This document shows, piece by piece, positions 58,256 through 64,000 of a stretch of DNA of 64,000 bases. The notes beneath the pieces are model-generated. The model made no database searches and was not told where the DNA came from. It worked only from the letters and a program-made list of their open reading frames with translations. The translations under genes and the position numbers were made by a program. How positions within the stretch are numbered: the stretch's first letter is position 1; each line of letters begins with the position of its first letter. The stretch comes from Deferrisomatales bacterium (GTDB lineage: Bacteria; Desulfobacterota; Deferrisomatia; Deferrisomatales; JACRMM01). The stretch lies in the NCBI GenBank assembly GCA_033551855.1, contig JAWSUI010000012.1:1-64000 (forward strand), in the 5' to 3' direction.

Positions 58256-59130
58256 TTACAGCGCTTCCCCGCCCTGCCCCCCGGAGGCGGGGGCCCTGCC
58301 CGACGCCCCGTCCCCGATCGCCCGAACCAGCCGCCCGTCCTGCCAGGTCACCGGGACGGCCTCCCCGCCCTCGGGCCAGACCGCCGGGAGCCGCGCCCGG
58401 AAGGCCGGCGCCGGGCCGCTGGTGTAGAGGCGGACACGCCCCGCCGCCCCTCCGGGGCCGCGCCACCCTTGCCCCTCGAGCACGCGCAGGACCTGCCGCG
58501 CCACCGCGGGGGCCGGGTCGATGACGTCCACCCCCGGCCCGCAGACCTCGCGGATGGTCTCCAGCGCATGGGGGTAGTGGGTACAACCGAGGACGAGGGC
58601 GTCGATCCCCTCCCGCAGGAGGGGAGCCAGAGCCTCCTCGACGAGGGCCCGCAGGCGGGGACCGGCGGTCTCCCCGGCCTCCACCGCGTCCACCAGCCCC
58701 GGGCAGGTGGCGGTGAGCACCCGCACGCCCCGGGCGAAGCGCTCCACGACGCTGCAGAAGGGCCTCCCCCGGAAGGTGCCGGGGGTGGCGAGCACCCCCA
58801 CGGCCCCGGACCGGCTCGCCTGGGCCGCGGGCTTCACCGCCGGCTCCATCCCCACGAAGGAAACCCGGGGAAAGACCTCGCGCAGATGGTGCAGGGCTGC
58901 CGCCGAGGCCGTGTTGCAGGCGACCACCACCACCGCGGCCCCCTCGTCCAGGAGGAAGCGGACGGCGCCCCGGCACAGGGCCCGCACCTCGTCGGCCGGG
59001 CGGGGACCGTAGGGCACGTGGGCCTGGTCCGCCAGGTAGCAGAGGTCCTCCCCGGGAAGGAGCCGGCGGATCTCCCGGAGGACCGTGAGCCCCCCGATCC
59101 CGGAGTCGAACACGGCCACGGGGCCCCGCC

Positions 59131-59134
<4 letters not shown>
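58256..59134 (-). CDS. murI: Glutamate racemase
   Basis: FDSGIGG, VACNTA, LGCTHY. Confidence 0.96.
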
Positions 59135-61176
<2,042 letters not shown>

Positions 61177-61332
61177 GGGGAGGGTGTCGGCGGTGTGGGG
61201 TGGGGCTCCCGGGGCCAGGCGTCCCCGAGCGTCTACCCGCCGTCCTTCACGGGCCCGCGGAGGAAGCGGCCCGGGGAGCCCGTCCGACGGCCTCCCGGCG
61301 GCCGGCCCGGTGCGAGGCCGGGGGGGCGGTGC

Positions 61333-62805
61333 TCACTTCAACTTCCAGGTGGTGCCGGCGGGGCCGTCCTCCAGGACCACCCCCAGGGCGGCGAGCTCGT
61401 CCCGAACGGCGTCGGCCCTCATCCAGTCCTTCTCCTTGCGGGCCCGGTTCCGCTCGGCGATCTTGGCCTCCACCTCCGCCGGGTCCAGCCCCCTCGCCTC
61501 CACCGCACCCTGTTTCACGGCGCCGAAGTAAGCCTCCGGCGGCGCCTGGAGCAGTCCCAGCACGCCCCCCAGCCCACGGACGCTCTGGGCGGCGTAGCGG
61601 AGCACGGCGAGGTTCTTGGGGCTCGGCTCGCACCCCTCGTGGAGGAACGACCCCACCTGCCGGGCGCAGCGGTGCAGGTGCCCCAGGGCCTCGGCCGTGT
61701 TGAAGTCGTCGTTCATGGCGTCTTCGAACTGGAAGAGCAGACCCAGGACGGCCTCGTGGGTCGCCCTCGCCCCGTTGGACAGCTCCGCCACGGGCACCTG
61801 GGCGGGGGCATCCCGACCATCGAGGGCCTCGCCGATGCGCCCCAGCAGCCCGTAGAGCCGCTCCAGGCCGGCCGCCGCCTCCCGCACCGCCCCCTCGGAG
61901 TAATCCAAGGGGCTGCGGTAGTGGTGGGAGAGCAGGAAGAACCGGAGCACCTCCGGGTGGACCTGCCGCAGCACGTCGCGGATCGTGAAGAAGTTGCCCA
62001 GGCTCTTGGACATCTTCTCCTGGTTGATGTTCACGAACCCGTTGTGCATCCAGACCCGCACGAAGGGCTCTCCCGAGGCGGCCTCGGCCTGGGCCACCTC
62101 GTTCTCGTGGTGGGGGAAGACCAGGTCCAGGCCGCCCCCGTGGATGTCCAGGGTGGGCCCCAGGTACTTCTGCCCCATCACCGTGCACTCGATGTGCCAG
62201 CCGGGGCGCCCCGGCCCCCACGGGCTGGGCCACGAAGGCTCGCCGGGCTTCGACGCCTTCCAGAGGGCGAAGTCCAGGGGGCTCCGCTTGCGGGGGTCGA
62301 CGTCCACCCGGGCGCCCGACGCCAACTCGTCGAGGGGGCGGCGGGAGAGCTTCCCGTAGGGGGGATAGCTCCCGACGTCGAAGTAGACGTCGCCGTCGAC
62401 CGCGTAGGCGTGCCCGCGCTCGACGAGGGCCTCCACGTGGGCGATCATCTCGGGGACATGCTCCGTGGCCCGGGGCTCCCGGGTGGGGCGCAGCACCCCC
62501 AAGGCGTCCATGTCCTCGTAAAACGCGGCGATGTACCGCTCGGCGATCTCCCGGGCCGACACTCCCTCCTCGTTGGCCCGCCGGATGATCTTGTCGTCGA
62601 TGTCGGTGAAGTTGCGGACGTACGTCACGTCGTACCCGGAGTGGCGCAGGTAGCGGTACACCACGTCGAACACCACCGCGGACCGGGCGTGGCCCACGTG
62701 ACACCGGTCGTACACGGTGACGCCGCAGACGTACATCCCCACGCGGCCTTGCTTCAGGGGCGTGAACGCCTCCTTGCTGCCGGCCAGGGTGTTGAAGATC
62801 TTCAT
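61333..62805 (-). CDS. cysS: Cysteine--tRNA ligase
   Basis: CGVTVYD..HVGH, GRPGWHIEC, KMSKS. Confidence 0.98.
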   Translation of the reverse strand: MKIFNTLAGSKEAFTPLKQGRVGMYVCGVTVYDRCHVGHARSAVVFDVVYRYLRHSGYDVTYVRNFTDIDDKIIRRANEEGVSAREIAERYIAAFYEDMDALGVLRPTREPRATEHVPEMIAHVEALVERGHAYAVDGDVYFDVGSYPPYGKLSRRPLDELASGARVDVDPRKRSPLDFALWKASKPGEPSWPSPWGPGRPGWHIECTVMGQKYLGPTLDIHGGGLDLVFPHHENEVAQAEAASGEPFVRVWMHNGFVNINQEKMSKSLGNFFTIRDVLRQVHPEVLRFFLLSHHYRSPLDYSEGAVREAAAGLERLYGLLGRIGEALDGRDAPAQVPVAELSNGARATHEAVLGLLFQFEDAMNDDFNTAEALGHLHRCARQVGSFLHEGCEPSPKNLAVLRYAAQSVRGLGGVLGLLQAPPEAYFGAVKQGAVEARGLDPAEVEAKIAERNRARKEKDWMRADAVRDELAALGVVLEDGPAGTTWKLK

Positions 62806-63101
62806 GGACAAGTCTGTTCCATCCTTTCGCCTCCGCCGAAGAACCGGAGCCGAAGCGCACCGGGAGCCGCCCCTGTGCCCCTCCGGCGCCGCCGGCCCGC
62901 CTTCTCTCGAAAGCAGCCGCGGACGGTACCAGAGGAGGCGCTCCGAAGTAAAGCGGGGGGCGGGCCCCAGAATCCACCGGCCGGCAAGTGCTCGGGCTCG
63001 GGGGGCCCCTCCGCTCCGCCCTGCAATCCGCGATATCCGGACGAGGCGTTGGGGAGGAAGCGGCCACGCCCAACAGGTGGCGGTGGAGGTGGGGCAGACC
63101 C

Positions 63102-64000
63102 TTACTCCCGGCGCCGCCCGTCCCGGAGCTCCTGGAGGACCTCCTGGACCCGGCGCCTCTCGTCCCCTTCCGGGAGCCGCCGGATGGCCTCTTCGTAGTG
63201 GCGGCGGGCCAGGGAGCCGCGCCCCTCTTCCCGGTGGTAGTCCCCCAGGGCCGCGTGGGCCTCCCCTTCCCTGCCGGCCCTGCCAAGGGCCATCCCACGG
63301 TAGTACTGTACCCTCCCCCACCCGGGGTCGCGCCGGGCGAGCTCGTCGTACACCCCCAGGGCCGCCTCCCCCTGGTCCTTCTCCAGATACGCCCACCCCA
63401 GGTCCCGCAGGGCCGGGGTCGGGGCGTCCCCCTGGACCCGGAGGGCCTCGAGCTGGGCCACGCCCTCCTGCGGCCTTCCCTGGCGGATCCGCACCCTCGC
63501 CTGCTCGTGGAGCACCTCGGGGTCCGCCGGGTCCAGCCGTTGGGCCTCCCGGAGGTGCTCCAGTGCCTCTTCGTAGCGTCCCTGGCGCTGCAGGAGCACC
63601 CCGAGGCCCAAGCGGGCGTCGGCGCTCCCCGGGTTCTCCTCCACCCGCGCGCGGTAGGCCGCCGGCCCCCAGGTTCGGGGGTCCTGGGCGAGCACCCGGG
63701 CCTGGGCCCGCCACAGGGGTCCGAGCGCCCGGGCGTCGGTTTGCGGCGCGGGCGGCTGGCGCAGGGCGTCGGAGAGGTAGGCGGAGCGGTTCTCGGGCAG
63801 GGGGTGGGTGAACAGGTACGCAGGCACCCCCTCGGGGGCCGGGGACTCCCGCCGGATGGTGTCCATGAACCGGACCAGGCCCCAGGGGTCGTAACCGGCC
63901 GCCACGAGGGCCCGGGCCGCCCGCCGGTCCGCGTCCTCCTCGTCGGCCCGGCTGTATTGGAGCATCTTGGTCTGGGCCCCGGCCACCCCAAAGCTCGCGA
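63102..64000 (-). CDS. M48 metalloprotease with TPRs (BepA-like), 5'-truncated by the window
   Basis: YSRADEEDAD, GYDP, YLFTHP, TPR helices. Confidence 0.85.
   Translation of the reverse strand, partial: ASFGVAGAQTKMLQYSRADEEDADRRAARALVAAGYDPWGLVRFMDTIRRESPAPEGVPAYLFTHPLPENRSAYLSDALRQPPAPQTDARALGPLWRAQARVLAQDPRTWGPAAYRARVEENPGSADARLGLGVLLQRQGRYEEALEHLREAQRLDPADPEVLHEQARVRIRQGRPQEGVAQLEALRVQGDAPTPALRDLGWAYLEKDQGEAALGVYDELARRDPGWGRVQYYRGMALGRAGREGEAHAALGDYHREEGRGSLARRHYEEAIRRLPEGDERRRVQEVLQELRDGRRRE

Noticed and set aside
54966..58427. 1153-aa plus-strand ORF
   Set aside because: Antisense shadow of rfbBDAC.

Overview
High-GC bacterial chromosomal window. Gene content suggests an anaerobic Desulfobacterota/Deferrisoma-like organism (inference only). 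Most of it is housekeeping, on the minus strand: rpsB-tsf-pyrH-frr-uppS-cdsA-dxr-rseP-tsaB, feoAB, queD-folE2, mltG, sdhCAB, a 4-subunit 2-oxoacid:ferredoxin oxidoreductase, rfbBDAC, murI, uvrB and cysS. It also has three toxin-antitoxin loci (one decayed), two surface lipoproteins, a GGDEF protein and a two-component system. Four observations stand out. (1) At 1-2041, small promoter-bearing gene cassettes (a MazEF pair and a coiled-coil gene) are each bracketed by matched inverted CTTGGCG-type repeats and separated by a conserved palindromic ~200-265 bp AAC...GTT element. The layout is cassette-array-like, but no integrase is in view. (2) A probable selenoprotein (UxxC plus a SECIS-like hairpin) at 38257-38505 sits between resB and a polyferredoxin and is truncated by the ORF track. 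(3) There is a putative sigma54 regulon with a shared palindromic enhancer. (4) The intergenic DNA is a mosaic of many REP/MITE/heptamer repeat families. All gene calls come from motif recognition, without database searches.
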